Shown here piece after piece: positions 15,470-28,739 of a stretch of DNA of 64,000 nucleotides. The stretch comes from Eledone cirrhosa (taxonomy: Eukaryota). The notes under the pieces were generated by a model. That model saw nothing but the letters and a program-made list of their open reading frames with translations. It searched no databases and was not told where the DNA came from. Both the position numbers and the translations under genes were made by a program. Position 1 is the first letter of the stretch. Every line of letters begins with the position of its first letter. The stretch is from positions 350,920,001 to 350,984,000 of the forward strand of contig OZ024742.1 in assembly GCA_964016885.1 (NCBI GenBank). Direction: 5' to 3'.

Positions 15470-16395
15470 GATTTCTGATTTAAGCACAAGGCCCACAATG
15501 TTGAGAGGAGAGGAAAAAGGATTAACTTCATCACAGTGCATTATGGGCACTTTACTTTATTGACCCAGTAATGATGAAAGTCAAAGCTAATCTCGGTAAT
15601 GTCTAACTCTATACCGCAATGATGATATAGCGGTAATACCACCACTGCCCTAATAATTGTTTCTAGTTTTGGCACAAGGCCAGCAATTAGCCAGTGTATT
15701 ACTAGTACTTTATTTTATCGACCCCGTAAGGATGAAAGGTAAAGTTGACCTCGATGGGATTTGAAAACAGACCATAAAGGGATGTAACTATGCTGGAAAG
15801 CATGGCGTCCGACCCTCTACCGATACTGCCAATTCATCGCCAATTCACAGAAAATAATAATAATTGTTTCTACTTTTGGCACAAGGCCAGCAATTATCCC
15901 AGTGTATTACTGGTACTTTATTTTATCAACCCCGTAAGGATGAAAGGCAAAGTTAACCTCGGCGGGATTTGAATTCCGACTGTAAAGGGACGTAACTATG
16001 CTAGAAAGCATGGCGTCCAACCCTCTACTGATACTGCCAATTCACCGCCCTTAATAATAATAATGATGATGAATGTAAACACCAAAACAAAGATAAAACA
16101 ACAACAATCACGTGGTCTCTTAGGGTCACTTGTTGTCACTTGGTGATAACTCGTATGGACATAAAGAAAGATAAATGAAAAAAAAAAATAATGGTTTCTG
16201 ATTTAGGCTCAAGGTCAACAATTTGGGGTGAGGGGAAAGGCGATCAAATCGACACCAGTACATTACTGACCCTTTATTTTCATCCGTAAGGATGGAGGGC
16301 AAAGGTAACCTCGGCAGAATTTGAACTCAGATCGTCAAGGTGCGTAACCTTATACCATAAAGCATGTTGTTCGACGCTCTAACGACACTGTAATG
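15470..16395 (-). mobile_element. Cluster of four tRNA-derived SINE copies (~15470-15615, 15655-15841, 15860-16050, 16190-16392)
   Basis: A box TGGCAGTATCGG, B box-like GTTCRAATCCC, core GCCTTTCATCCTTACGGGGTCGATAAA (resembles the MetaSINE Meta domain), tail GCCTTGTGCCAAAA...(ATT)n. Confidence 0.85.
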
Positions 16396-17549
16396 AACAG
16401 ATATATTAAGAAAAGATACAGGGTCTTAAAGACGTTCGGTATGGTACTGCAAAATATTGCTTGTTGGGGGAATTACAGGTACAGCAATATCTCTCTTTTT
16501 GAGTGGATAGGAGACACAACACACAAAGACGACGTTCGTTTGGGACAACTAAATCAATTTTTTTAGTCAGACAATTATCTCGAACAAATCGAAGCTACTA
16601 GGTTGAATATTTATATAGTGGGGGAGCAAATCAGATTATTTTTGAAGGATTACACCCTTAAATATATTAAGTCAGGCGTGTAGTAGCTATTTTGTAAATT
16701 CATCCCAGATTTTATTAATAATATTTCTAAAACTTGTAAACTCATACAGAATTTAGGAGTAGCGTGGTATCGAATATCTTTTGAATAAAACTAATTTGAG
16801 GTTATTTTATTTTAACATCCATGGTAGCATAAATATGGAAGTTAACCTTGGTGAAATTTCCATTTTGAATGTAATTATATATAACAGAATAATGTAAAAT
16901 TATACTCTAAACACTTTGATAATTTAAATGATCCTAATGTATAATGACATTTGAATACACACATGAAGGAAATGAGTACAGGGAATTAAATCAACATTGT
17001 TAGGGGAATTAATTATAGATGAGTCGAGGCAACATGAAAAAGAAAATAGTTCTAGATGTGTGTACTAGAAATTGTTCTACACATGTCGAAAATATCTTGA
17101 ATTGTAAAGAAAGTATGATGGACGTTCTAAAATAACATGGTTAGAAAGTTATCTACACCCGTCATTCGCAATTCCGTGTGATACGGTGGTGTGTGAGGGA
17201 CTTTCACTACACGTGCTAGTTGCTTCTGGCTCTAAAGCAGGCAGACGCCCGACCGACTGTTACATCATTCAGAGCATAATGAAGTATATGATAGCTGCAA
17301 GAGAAGACTCTACCGGTAAGTGGGTACCACATTATATATATATACATATATATATATATACACTCCCTTACCCACATACACACACACACGCACATACACA
17401 CACCGCACACGCACACACACACACGCACACACATACCCCCCCCCCCCATATATATATATATATGTAAAAGGTAAACAGAAATGACAACACAATCGGTACA
17501 GTATATGGAAGGGATATATTAGGTTAACGCTTGATATAGCAGGAAGAGG

Positions 17550-17584
17550 GTCTTAACGTTTCGGACACTAGTCCTTCATTAGAC
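17550..17584 (-). ncRNA. Core-mutated minimal hammerhead
   Basis: GT-CTAATGA-AGGAC-tagt-GTCC-GAAACGTTA-AGAC (G5 to A). Confidence 0.5.
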
Positions 17585-17693
17585 GAAAGAATGAAAAATA
17601 AGATAGATTGATGGGACGGGCGGGTTGGAATTGGAATAAATGTTTATAGATAAAAAAAACAGGTCCATTCATGGAGACACACACATATATATA

Positions 17694-18254
17694 TATTGTG
17701 ATACTTTGGGAGGGTCATGTTACCAATAAGAAACACACGCACCAGCTGCTTTCACTTCAAGTTATTATAAATTTCCAGTTGGTTGGTTGGTTCCACAACA
17801 GGATGGTTGTTCATATATTGTCAAGTTCTTTCGTCACACATTCTTTGACCTCTTCAGTGACTGGGGATTCTTATCTTTGTTTTGTGCCTCTCCTTTGTTA
17901 TGCCCTACGCCATCTTGTTTTTGTGTGTGTTGTGTGCTTAGTTTGCGCATGTGTTACATCCGGGTGTCTGTGTGTGTTTTTATTTGTTTATTTATTTCTT
18001 TATTTACATGTTACTATTTAGTTATTTGTTCTATGTCTGTGTGTTTTCATTTTGTCCTTAATTAAGAACTTTGACAATATATGAACAACCATCCGGTTGT
18101 GAAACCAACCAACCGGAAATTTATTATAAATTGAAGTGAAACATAAGTTGCGTGTGTTTCTTATTGGCAACATGACCCTCCCAGAGTATAACAATATCGG
18201 TTTCAACACACGTTTTCAGATAAAAAATCTTGCTAAACAAATTCAGAAACTAAC

Positions 18255-18255
<1 letters not shown>
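17694..18255. mobile_element. Fold-back PLE terminal insertion (family B); hammerhead 17820-17861 (-)
   Basis: 17694-17830 inverted to 18065-18197 plus ~55-nt tail; GTCA-CTGAAGA-GGTCA...TGAC-GAAAGAACT-TGAC. Confidence 0.8.
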
Positions 18256-18285
<30 letters not shown>

Positions 18286-19137
18286 CGTTTCTGAATTTGT
18301 ATAGCAAGATTCTTTATCTGAAAACGTATGTTCAAACCGATATTGTTATACTCTGGGAGGTCATGTTGCCAATAAGAAACACACACTCCTGTTGCTTTCA
18401 CTCCAATTTATTATAAACTAAATTATAAATTTAACATTTTTTATAAATTTTCTGTTGGTTGGTTGGTTCCACAACCGGACGGTTGTTCATATATTGTCAA
18501 AGTTCTTTCGTCACACATTCTGTGACCTCATCAGTGAACGGAAATTCTTTTCTTTGCTTTGTGCTCTCCTTTGTTCTCTCCTACGCCATCTTGCTTTTGT
18601 GTGTGTTGTGTGCTTAGTTTGCGCATGTGTTACAACCGGTTGTCTGTGTGTGTTTTTATGTATATATTTATTTGTTTATTTACATGTTACTAATTGGTGG
18701 TTTGTTCTATGTGTGTGTGTTTTCATTTTGCCCTTAATTGTAAGTTGTGATGTTGCTATTCCATTCAAACAACCAGCTAGTAACATGTAAATAAATAAAT
18801 AAATTAACAAATAAAAACACACACAGACACCCGGATGTAGCACATGCGCAAACTAAGCACACAACACAAACAAAAACAAGATGGCGTAGGACAGAACAAA
18901 GAAGAGGCACAAAACAAAGAAAAGAATCCTCGGTCACTGATGAGGCCACAAAATATGTGACGAAAGGAGTTTGACAATATATGAACAACCGTCCGGTTGT
19001 GTAACTAACCAACCAACCAACCGGAAATTTATGAACTTGTTAACATTTATAATTTAATTAATAATAAATTGGAGTGAAAACAACTGGTGCGTGTGTTTCT
19101 TATTCGCAACACGACCCTCCTAAAGTATAACAATATA
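18286..19137. mobile_element. Fold-back PLE terminal insertion (family B); hammerheads 18496-18537 (-) and 18933-18975 (+)
   Basis: 18340-18692 inverted to 18780-19137; left arm has the tail; GTCA-CTGATGA-GGCCAC...GTGAC-GAAAG. Confidence 0.85.
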
Positions 19138-19290
19138 GAAGACTAAAATCCAAAGAGGGTTCGATAAGGATAAATATATATCAAATATATTTGAACCGTA
19201 GAGCAAATATATATTAAAATAACAGATTAAAGTTTAAGCAAAGAATCGCTGCTTTCACCCTTAACGGGATCTTCTGCAACTAAAAATTAC
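19138..19290 (-). mobile_element. Complete 3' end of PLE family D
   Basis: Joins contiguously the two ends seen at 42240-42310 and 40085-40153. Confidence 0.75.
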
Positions 19291-19396
19291 CAATGGCCTC
19301 TACGAGAATTGAACTGTTTCATTCCTATGAAGTCACCAGGAATGCATTTATAACATTTTTAACTCGGGTTAATTCTTATTTGATTCAACTCGGGAA

Positions 19397-19498
<102 letters not shown>

Positions 19499-19983
19499 CC
19501 CCACTAATTCGTGACCATATTTATTTGTTTCCTTCCATTTAGTGCTGTTTCACACGTCTCTTGACTGGGATGTTACAATTTACAAAGCATGTTACGTTAC
19601 GTAATATAATGCCGTTTTCTGTTAGCATTTCATTAGTACTAAAGTTGTTTGTGTCGCATTAGGTTTCCTATGTCGTTGGTAATAATGTCGAGCAGAACAT
19701 CTACAAATGTGTATTCTTAGGTTGTTAGTTCTGCTTACGTAATATTGAAAGGAGAAATAATCGAACACGAATCCTTTGATGGTAGGTGGTGTTGATGTAC
19801 TTGGAAATGGTATTGAATATATGTTGAGATGAAGGAGAAATAATTATGAATAGAGATCTCGACAAGAGACAAGACAATACAAACACGCATGTACACACAT
19901 ACAGAAGCACACAGAGTTGAATTGCGAAATAATAATATAGCTAACAAACAACCACACAAACACACACACAAATACACACACAA

Positions 19984-20080
<97 letters not shown>

Positions 20081-20329
20081 CATAATTATTCAAATATATA
20101 TATATATATATAGAGAGATTATATTAATCAATGGAAACTATATTTATAAAACGATATTTATTTTATTATACATATTTCAAGGCCCCCCAAGGCAAATTAT
20201 GGTGCACTTTCATCAGATAAAATAAAATACAGATTAGTTTTATAAATAAATATTGACATACCCTGAAAAAAATACAACCTTAGCGGTTGGAGCTCTCAGG
20301 AAGCTCCAACCGCTAAGGTTGTCTTTTAC

Positions 20330-22780
20330 ATGATGGAATTCTTCAGGATTTCTACATCTCTCAAGTATATACCTCTTCCACCGAACGAAGATTATATGAG
20401 ACAACTTATTGGAAAAGCCAACTCCTTCATAAGAAGACTGCAGTGGCGTGCTTTCCACTTTGAATATAAAGAGAGAATTGATAAGAAAACCACCAACCAT
20501 AATTTTGATCATATTTTTAGATCCACGAAAAATCATTCTTACAACAAGCTCTTGGCTAATTTCGAAAACTAAATTATAAATATATTAAGGAACATTAAAT
20601 TAAAAAAAAAAACATATAGAGGCCAGGAATACCTTAGGGGTCTAAAGGAAAAAATTAACGACATGAAAAAAATAAATAAAATATTAGTGAAATCTGATAA
20701 AACGAACAACCTATATGGGATGGAAAGAACAAAATATAACGACTTAATTTTAAAAGAATTGAGGAAAAATTATAAAAAGGCCCCAAGTGAGGATTTATTG
20801 GATATTAATAATGATGCATTCAAAATTATCACCAATCTTGGAATAGAGCGGAAAACTGATCCTTTCATACCAAAGCAACCACGGATAAATTTTAAAGACC
20901 ACAAAAGAAATTTCGAAGAGGACGTACCAGTTAGACTTATAGCACCTTCTAAATCAGATCTTGGAATGATTAGTACAAATATAATAGATATGATTTTACT
21001 AACACTTAAATTGAGGACAAGGCTAAATCTATGGAAAGGCACTAGTGAAGTCATAGATTGGTTCAATAATATCAAAAATAGAAATAATTATAAGTTCATT
21101 CAAATGGATATAGCGAGTTATTATTCATCGATAACTCCTAATCTATTAAATAAGGACCTATCCAGTGATGGGATAAATATTATATTAACAGCAAGGCGAA
21201 CTTTGATTGATTTTAATAATGATCATTGGACTAGATCTGATAGGCTGAAGAATTTTGATATTACTATAGGTTCGTCTGATTCGGCGCAAGTTACGGATCT
21301 TGTGGGCATCTTTATCCTTAACATGATAAATAGAAAACTGCCGGAGATTGGCAGAGGTTTGTATAGGGACGACATATTATTTATTGTAGAAAAACATAAT
21401 AATAGCGAATTAAATGGAGTAAATAAAGTAATTATATCATTTTTTTAAAAAATTACGACCTGAAATTAGAACTAGAAAATAATAATAAAATAGTTAATTT
21501 TTTAGATGTGACTCCAAATTTGAACTCAGGCCTTTATTATCCTTTCCATAAAGTCAATGAGAACTTAAATTATGTTAGTTTTTATTCTAATCATCCTAAA
21601 AGTGTTAAGAATGCAACATTGTACAACAACGAATATCCAGGCTATCTGCTAATAGATCCATATTTAATAGTAAGACTGTATATTATAATGAAGCGTTACA
21701 AAAAGCTGGATATAACAATAATATTGAATATATATAAAAACATACTGAAAAATAAAATTAATTATAATCATAGTAATCATAATAAAAATGAATATAAAAA
21801 CAACAACTTGATGAATAAATCGGGGAAAAAATAAGAACTATATCTATAATTTGATATTAAAATACCTGTAGCACATTTATTGTTTAAAGCTTTGGATAAA
21901 TGCTTCACTACATAACATAAATATTACTCTATCTTCAACAGACATACATTTAAAATCTCTTATTCAACAACTATGAATATTGCTCAAAATATAGCAAAAA
22001 TAAATAGTAAAAATCTTAATTTGAACCAACCTATAATTAGCAATAATAACAATAATAATAACAATACATTAGTTAATGGGAATAACAATAATTGTTTCTG
22101 CTTTAGGCACAAGGCCAGCAATTACCCAGTTCATTACTGGTACTTTATTTTATCGACCCCGTAAGGATGAAAGGCAAAGTTAACCTCGGCGGGAATATAA
22201 CTCAGATCGTAAAGGGACGTAACTATGCTGGAAAGCATGGCGTCCGACCCTCTACCGATACTGCCAATCCACCAATACTAGTTTAAACATGAATAATAGT
22301 AGAACACCTTTAAATAAATAATGGGAATAGTTTAAGGTCTGTAAATAACAGTAAGACATGTAATTGTAGAAACAAGTCTTTACAAAATAATTGCCTTGAC
22401 AAGAATCTAGTATATAAATGTACCAGTAAGACAAATAATAATATATATAACTACATTGGAGCCACTTCATCTAAATTTAAGAAACGTTGGTATAATCAAA
22501 GCCACTCTTTCAGTAAACAAGATAAGAAATGTTCAACATCACTTTCACAACTAATATGTTCTTTAAAGGACAATACTATTAGATACTCCATCTCTTGACA
22601 ACATTAAAGGTTGCTACCCCCTATCGGAACTAAACTATTTCGCAAAATTGCAATCTTTGTAACCTTGAGGCTCTACAGATAATTACAAATTATTACAATT
22701 TAATCAATAACAAATCAATGAATTATTTAGTAGTTGACACAATAAAATTGGTAAAACTTTCCAGGCAATGTACAAGTTTC
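20330..22780 (+). pseudogene. Disrupted PLE reverse transcriptase - GIY-YIG ORF
   Basis: SLKYIPLP..FIRRLQWRAFHF; KDHKRNF..VRLIAPSKSDLG; FIQMDIASYYSSIT; FDITIGSSDSAQVTDLVG; GLYRDD; YSNHP; multiple stops, frameshifts and a SINE insertion. Confidence 0.9.
22088..22272 (-). mobile_element. tRNA-derived SINE inserted in the PLE's AAT-rich linker
   Basis: Full SINE sequence matching 15860-16050. Confidence 0.9.
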
Positions 22781-23979
22781 GAAAAAATATTGACAATTAA
22801 TAATTTAATATATATATAAGTTTTTGCCTTATTGTGGTAATAATTTATTAATATTTATATGTATTAGAATAATTTCATTAAGAGTCTCGTTGTCCTATGT
22901 TTTGATTAGGACAGTTCAATATTTAACTAGACAGATGATTTATGCTTTTCGTAATATCGCGGAACGTGAGAGTAGAGATATGTTATAAATGTTTGTATAT
23001 GGTGAATGAGTTATCTTCCTTTTGTTTACATTGTCTGTAAACATTTCTTTTTTTGACTAGCTTTAAATGAAACTATATATCAAAATAAGTAAATACAGAA
23101 GTAAATATAACCTTTCATTAATTTAATAAAATAAAACTTGTCAGTGTAAATGTAACTGCAGCTTAATCCTAGGAATTAAATGAAAATTAAAGAATAGTAA
23201 AGATTTTATGAAGAGAATATCATAATTAAATACAATAATTTGGGTAATAAAGGATCTAAATATATTATATGTATTGATGGTGATATATGCATGGTATTAC
23301 ATTTTAATACATATTTAATGATTATTTAAATACGCTTTAAAGATTAATTCTTTTAAATTTGTAACACAATATTTATAGAATATCTTACCTTAAAATTAAA
23401 AATAATAATCTATAATGAGTTAAATTAAACTATATACATTTTTAATTAAACTATATAAGTGATTGCTATAGAAGGTAATCTATACTGAATAATTTTGATA
23501 TAATATAGAAGTATAATTAGCTAAAGCATAATCAAATACAAAAGATATTCAATTGAATTGATTGGATATCCTATTTGATCTAGCATTTGAAAACAACGGT
23601 TTTTTTCTCTATCCCCCTCTATTTGATGTTCCTTTATTTTTCTTTATTTTCTTTACCCCCCTCTGTTCCCTTTACTTTTCACACCTTCCCTCTTTTGTCG
23701 TTATTCCTCTTTTCTTTTTTATGTATTTCTTTTACTCATTCATCCATTTATTTTTTATTCATTTTTATATTTATGTATGTATTTATTTATTTTTTCTTGC
23801 CTTTCCTCCTCTTTACACCCTCTCTCATATCTCTAATTTGCTCTACATCCTTTTCTTCTTAACGTTTATCATATTATTTCTGGTATATAAACATTGAGAT
23901 TTGATGAAATAAATCACTACCAATACTAGAATGGAATAATCTAGACCGTAGCGGTATGTCATATATCAAATCATATATT

Positions 23980-24037
23980 GTGTCTGATGAGGATGTACTG
24001 AAAAAACAACACAGTACATTTGAAATATATATAATAA
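23980..24037 (+). ncRNA. Hammerhead ribozyme (family C-like)
   Basis: CTGATGA-GGATGTACTG...CAGTACATTT-GAAA-TATATA-TA; homologous to 33987-34045. Confidence 0.7.
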
Positions 24038-24104
24038 AGTATATATTTTGATTATGAGAATATTTTTCATCTGGTAATATTTTGAATAATATATATATAT
24101 ATAT

Positions 24105-24324
24105 AGGAACGAGTAGGACCCCGGCGGCTGAGCTCAAGCCGTTTCGACGGCTAATTATGGACTCTAGTCGGCTAATTCCAGTCCAGGATTAGCCGTCGAA
24201 ACGGCTTGAGCTCAGCCGTCGGGGTCCTACTCGTTCCTATTACCCACTCTACTACCCTAAGTATTGAAGTATTGAGTACTTTGGTGCGTTATGGTCCTCT
24301 TGGTTCATTACCACATTTCCTTCG

Positions 24325-24325
<1 letters not shown>
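24105..24325. mobile_element. Mini fold-back of family F terminus with tail
   Basis: 24103-24165 inverted to 24188-24240; tail 24240-24322 is the reverse complement of 2797-2870. Confidence 0.8.
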
Positions 24326-24378
<53 letters not shown>

Positions 24379-25242
24379 ATTTTTACTCATGTTTTATCTT
24401 GGTGTTTATAGTCACTTATATTTATAATTATTGTAAGCTTTTTGCTTACCTTAATTTCTATATTTTCATTTATATATTTTACCTTGAATGCTTATTAATA
24501 TTTGTGACTAATCCCATTTTTTGTAAAAAAAACTGCGATAATATTGCTTAGGCTGAACTTCATAACTTTGTTGAGTTTCTTCGGCATGTTTTGACTGCTG
24601 CTTCTTATAAACAGATTTCAGTCTCATCCCGGCTTCAATAGCGAGTGTCCACGTGTGTTTTTGTTATTTCAATACTACACGATGTTTGCTTGCCTGCTTC
24701 CATTTCACCCCGACATTATAGCAGAGCTTTTAGTTAACGTGTTTGAGCACTACAGATGATCGACTCCAAACGTGACTAACCCCACTGAAAAGTTTCGTGA
24801 AATAGTATTTTAAGATTATATATTGCATTTGTAGTTTTCCCAAATTGAAGGTTAAGTATTCTTTCTTGATTTTATTGAATTAAGGTATTATAACTTATCC
24901 CATATCTTTCGTTAAAAATGTTTCATCTTGATGTTTGTAGTCACTTATATGTCTAATTATTGTAGGCTTTTTGCTTACATTAATTTGCTTACATAATATA
25001 AGAAAGATATTGTATACCATGAACACAGAACAAGTACTGTAACCTATAAACACTGTATGACTTAATCAATGCTAATCTAATGAACCTGAGATTTTCATCT
25101 TCACATTTTACAATTCATTTCTTAGTTCTATTATTTCAGTTCATATTATCATTACTCAATCTTTAATTTTACCATAACACATACCTGATATCATCTTACC
25201 GCATCGGCCCTATTGAACTAAAAACAAGCTGGTATTTCCTAG

Positions 25243-25372
25243 GCGCTGAGCTGGCCAGCCGCATATGTGAGCCCCACGAGTTGGAGTGGCTTTTCCAGCG
25301 CGTCTCCCTTGCCGTCCTCCGGGGAAACGCCTTCTCCATTCTATCCGCCGGGGCTGCGCGTGGGCCCCATCG
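25243..25372 (+). mobile_element. CRE-clade-like non-LTR retrotransposon 3' fragment
   Basis: AELASRICEPHELEWLFQRVSLAVLRGNAFSILS, typical end of a restriction-like endonuclease domain. Confidence 0.75.
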
Positions 25373-25549
25373 CGTATCAGGCCGATAAATAAAGTACCAA
25401 TCCGAGATTGGTGTCGGTTTTCCACCCACCTAACGGTGTAATGGTTTTAGCTAGTCATGCAGTCTGGAATACTTAAGGTCCGACGTTCAATTAACTCGCA
25501 GATTCTTGACAATGCAGAAAGTCCTTGATGTAACAGCTGGACTGAGAAG

Positions 25550-25605
<56 letters not shown>

Positions 25606-25607
<2 letters not shown>

Positions 25608-25750
25608 TAACATAACAGATTAAAGTTTAAGCAAAAATAGTTGCTTTCACCCTCTGAAAATAAAAAAAGTCGATCTCTGAACGCAGAAGTAAATATTTAT
25701 CCCTATCGAGTCCTCTTTGGATGTTAGCCTTCAACTTTATTATTATTACT
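25606..25750 (-). mobile_element. Minimal family D insertion (3' end plus inverted tail)
   Basis: Same two terminal segments as element 40065-42310 with almost no body. Confidence 0.7.
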
Positions 25751-25774
25751 ATATATATATATATATATATATAT

Positions 25775-26029
25775 AGGAGGTGAGTTTTATTGTAGTACAA
25801 TAAAGCAATGCAGATATCGGATAAGAAGCACTCTACAGTTTGTAGGACTGGAGTATACATAATATATAAGAACAAAAGATGGTTAAAAGAGTTCCATGTA
25901 TTTTATTATGCGCATTTCAAAAACAAATATCATCATGCAATAATATTTGTGTTTTCATCAGATAAAACAGGAGGACATGATATCATGCGCATAATAAAAT
26001 ACATGGAACTCTTTTAACCATCTTTTGTT

Positions 26030-26033
<4 letters not shown>
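25775..26033. mobile_element. Fold-back PLE terminus (family E); hammerhead 25901-25967 (-)
   Basis: TTTTAT-CTGATGA-AAACACAAATAT...ATATTTGTTTTT-GAAA-TGCGCA-TA-ATAAAA; 25864-25916 inverted to 25986-26035. Confidence 0.8.
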
Positions 26034-26110
<77 letters not shown>

Positions 26111-26191
26111 GTGCGTGTGTATGTGTGTGTGTGTGTTTGTGTTTGTGGGTGCGTATATATATATATATATAAACATACACACACAGACACA

Positions 26192-26324
26192 AGTTTGCGG
26201 CCTCTGTCTAAGTGAGACAGTCGAGATACTCAATGGTGGAATAAATCCAATCAATCTCAGAGGAGATTCCTTTTGTACATGTAATCACCTAAGGACCGGA
26301 ATATTCCTAAGCCTATATCGATAA
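26192..26324 (+). pseudogene. PLE ORF C-terminal remnant
   Basis: VCGLCLSETVEILNGGINPINLRGDSFCTCNH follows the C.LC..E...IL...N......C.H pattern of the other PLE ORF ends. Confidence 0.6.
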
Positions 26325-26837
26325 CAACCCCACCATACTGAGACCCAGAGACACCAACCGCGCCCACTGAACTTTCCTCTCTCCTCTTATCTTGTCTCTA
26401 CTAGCAATTAAAAACACCCCACAACCCCACTTACTTAGTGGTTAGGCCCTGCTCACGTCGCAGTGATTCACCCTTCTTTCGCACTTCCATAGTTCTAACC
26501 CAAGTTAACGCCACTAGTAAATTAGCGGGATAATATACGTTGGCAGATACATACCCTGGGTACCTCCATGTACCCAACATTTCCGATCACTGGGCTTAAC
26601 CATCCACCACTTGTCTGTAACCCGTGTCTCCAAAGGACAAGCTACCTCCAACCTAACCCTTTTGCACATAAAAGTCAGTACTAACTGTGATAAGTAAATA
26701 AGACGCTCCTATTATTTCTTTATCCACCCCTCTAAACTGTACATATGTGTCTGTGTATGTGTGTACGTATACAAGTGTGTGTGTGTATGGGTATATCTGT
26801 GTAAATAGATATGTTTATGTATGGATGTACGTGTATG

Positions 26838-26930
<93 letters not shown>

Positions 26931-26936
<6 letters not shown>

Positions 26937-27076
26937 ATACTTTGGGAGGGTCATGTTGCCAATAAGAAACACACGCGTGTGTTTCTTATTGGCAACATGA
27001 CCCTCCCAAAGTATAACAATATCGGTTTCAACACACGATTTCAGATAAAGAATCTTGCTAAACAAATTCAGAAACG

Positions 27077-27078
<2 letters not shown>
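26931..27078. mobile_element. Perfect ~90-bp palindrome plus tail (family B terminus only)
   Basis: 26931-27020 self-complementary around ACACGCGTGT; ~57-nt tail. Confidence 0.9.
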
Positions 27079-27110
<32 letters not shown>

Positions 27111-27294
27111 GTGGGTACGTGTAGAGGTACCTAGATATGTATGTGTGTGTACTAAATATTTACAATATGGATTATAATCGTTACACTAAGATAATTGTAT
27201 CATAAAATCAATTCCATGTTATACTATTGCTTAGATGAATGGAATCATTAGAATATCTGACTGATTAAATGACAAGTCAGCCAATCATAATGGT

Positions 27295-27460
27295 GACCTC
27301 TCCACAGCCCCGGCGGACAGAATAGTGAAGACGTTTCCCTGGAGGACGGCAAGGGAGACGCGCTGAAAGAGCCATTCAAGCTAGCTCGTCACCTATGGTG
27401 GTGAGTAGGGAGGTAGCCTTAGGGCCGAGGACACCAGAAGTCTCTACTGCTAGGGGTAGC
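27295..27460 (-). mobile_element. CRE-like 3' fragment
   Basis: PLAVETSGVLGPKATSLLTTIGDELA..EWLFQRVSLAVLQGN. Confidence 0.75.
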
Positions 27461-27780
27461 CAGACACACTGCGGAGTAAACAGACCAACCTGCGCACTGA
27501 AGTTTCGGTACACAACCAACATATACTCACATTTATATATATACATATATATACCTATATATATATATATATAAATAAATTATCGAGAATCGGAACTTCG
27601 GCCCACGAAATAACGAAACACAATCTTCGAAATGTATGGCAAAGTGCTCAATAGTTCGGATAAACCAGAGCCATAACTAACGTTTAATACCAACACACTG
27701 AGACGATGCTTAAACAATCATTCGCACAGCCAAAATACGACCAAGAAAATTTCGGGTCAGACAAATAAATATATATTATA

Positions 27781-27843
<63 letters not shown>

Positions 27844-28517
27844 TATTTATGTATGTGCGTGTGTGTGTGTGTGCACGCGAATCTGTGTGTATGTGTGTGT
27901 GTAATAATATGTAATGCTATTACCAAACACAACCGTTGTTTATATCATCATATGTGCGGTTTATATGACTATGATCAAATACCGAAGTTGTTATCTCTAC
28001 TTGAACACAGGATCTAACTTCATGTCTGAAAGAACTCGCTCGATAATTAGTATGCCAACATATTACGTCAAAAATCAATGGTGGATTTTGGGCAAAATGC
28101 CATGCATCATGACAGATGAATATAAAACGGGACTGATAGAATATATATATAAATATAATTAAAGCGTTAGACTGAATTGAGAATTGTTGTTTGTGCTATT
28201 TAGCCCCAAATCCGCCGTGAACAAGCAGATTAATGATCAAAACCATCCATCCATGATATCTCCCCGACCAGCTACCGTGTGTCAGTATTATATCAAGAAT
28301 GATTAATGCATCATTCATTATTTACGTGGATGACTTTAGATTAAAACTGTTAAGTTGAGCCACCACAAGCTTATTTCCAGTCGAATTAGAAGCAATGCTG
28401 CACAGGATGAGCGGGAACGTCATCATTTAGAAATATGTGGGTAGATCAAATAAGAGTATTAACTTACCAAAATAGAGGCAAGAAAACGTACATAGTCGCA
28501 CACTTCTTACACACACG

Positions 28518-28551
<34 letters not shown>

Positions 28552-28739
28552 AATGTGTGGCATGTGTGTGTGTAAAGAAAATATCTTGAACTTGTATTTA
28601 GAATCCCACAGATGACATAATTTGCCATAGATTTACTGGTTTCAATATTGCTAATTTTGTCATGGCATATATAGAGGTGCAGGTATAGGAATAATGTAGC
28701 TTAAATTACGGCTTGCGATTTCATAAGTGTTTACTAAAA

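Larger units (their letters stand above)
20118..24092 (+). mobile_element. Near full-length Penelope-like retrotransposon
   Basis: RT and GIY-YIG remnants, ~1.3-kb 3'UTR, hammerhead 23980-24037, inverted terminal piece at the 5' end, TA flanks. Confidence 0.9.

Noticed and set aside
17694-19137. MITE/Foldback DNA transposons as the source of the inverted repeats
   Set aside because: Arms are asymmetric, carry hammerheads and are the 3' ends of PLE-type elements (the family B copy at 52075 retains GIY-YIG sequence)
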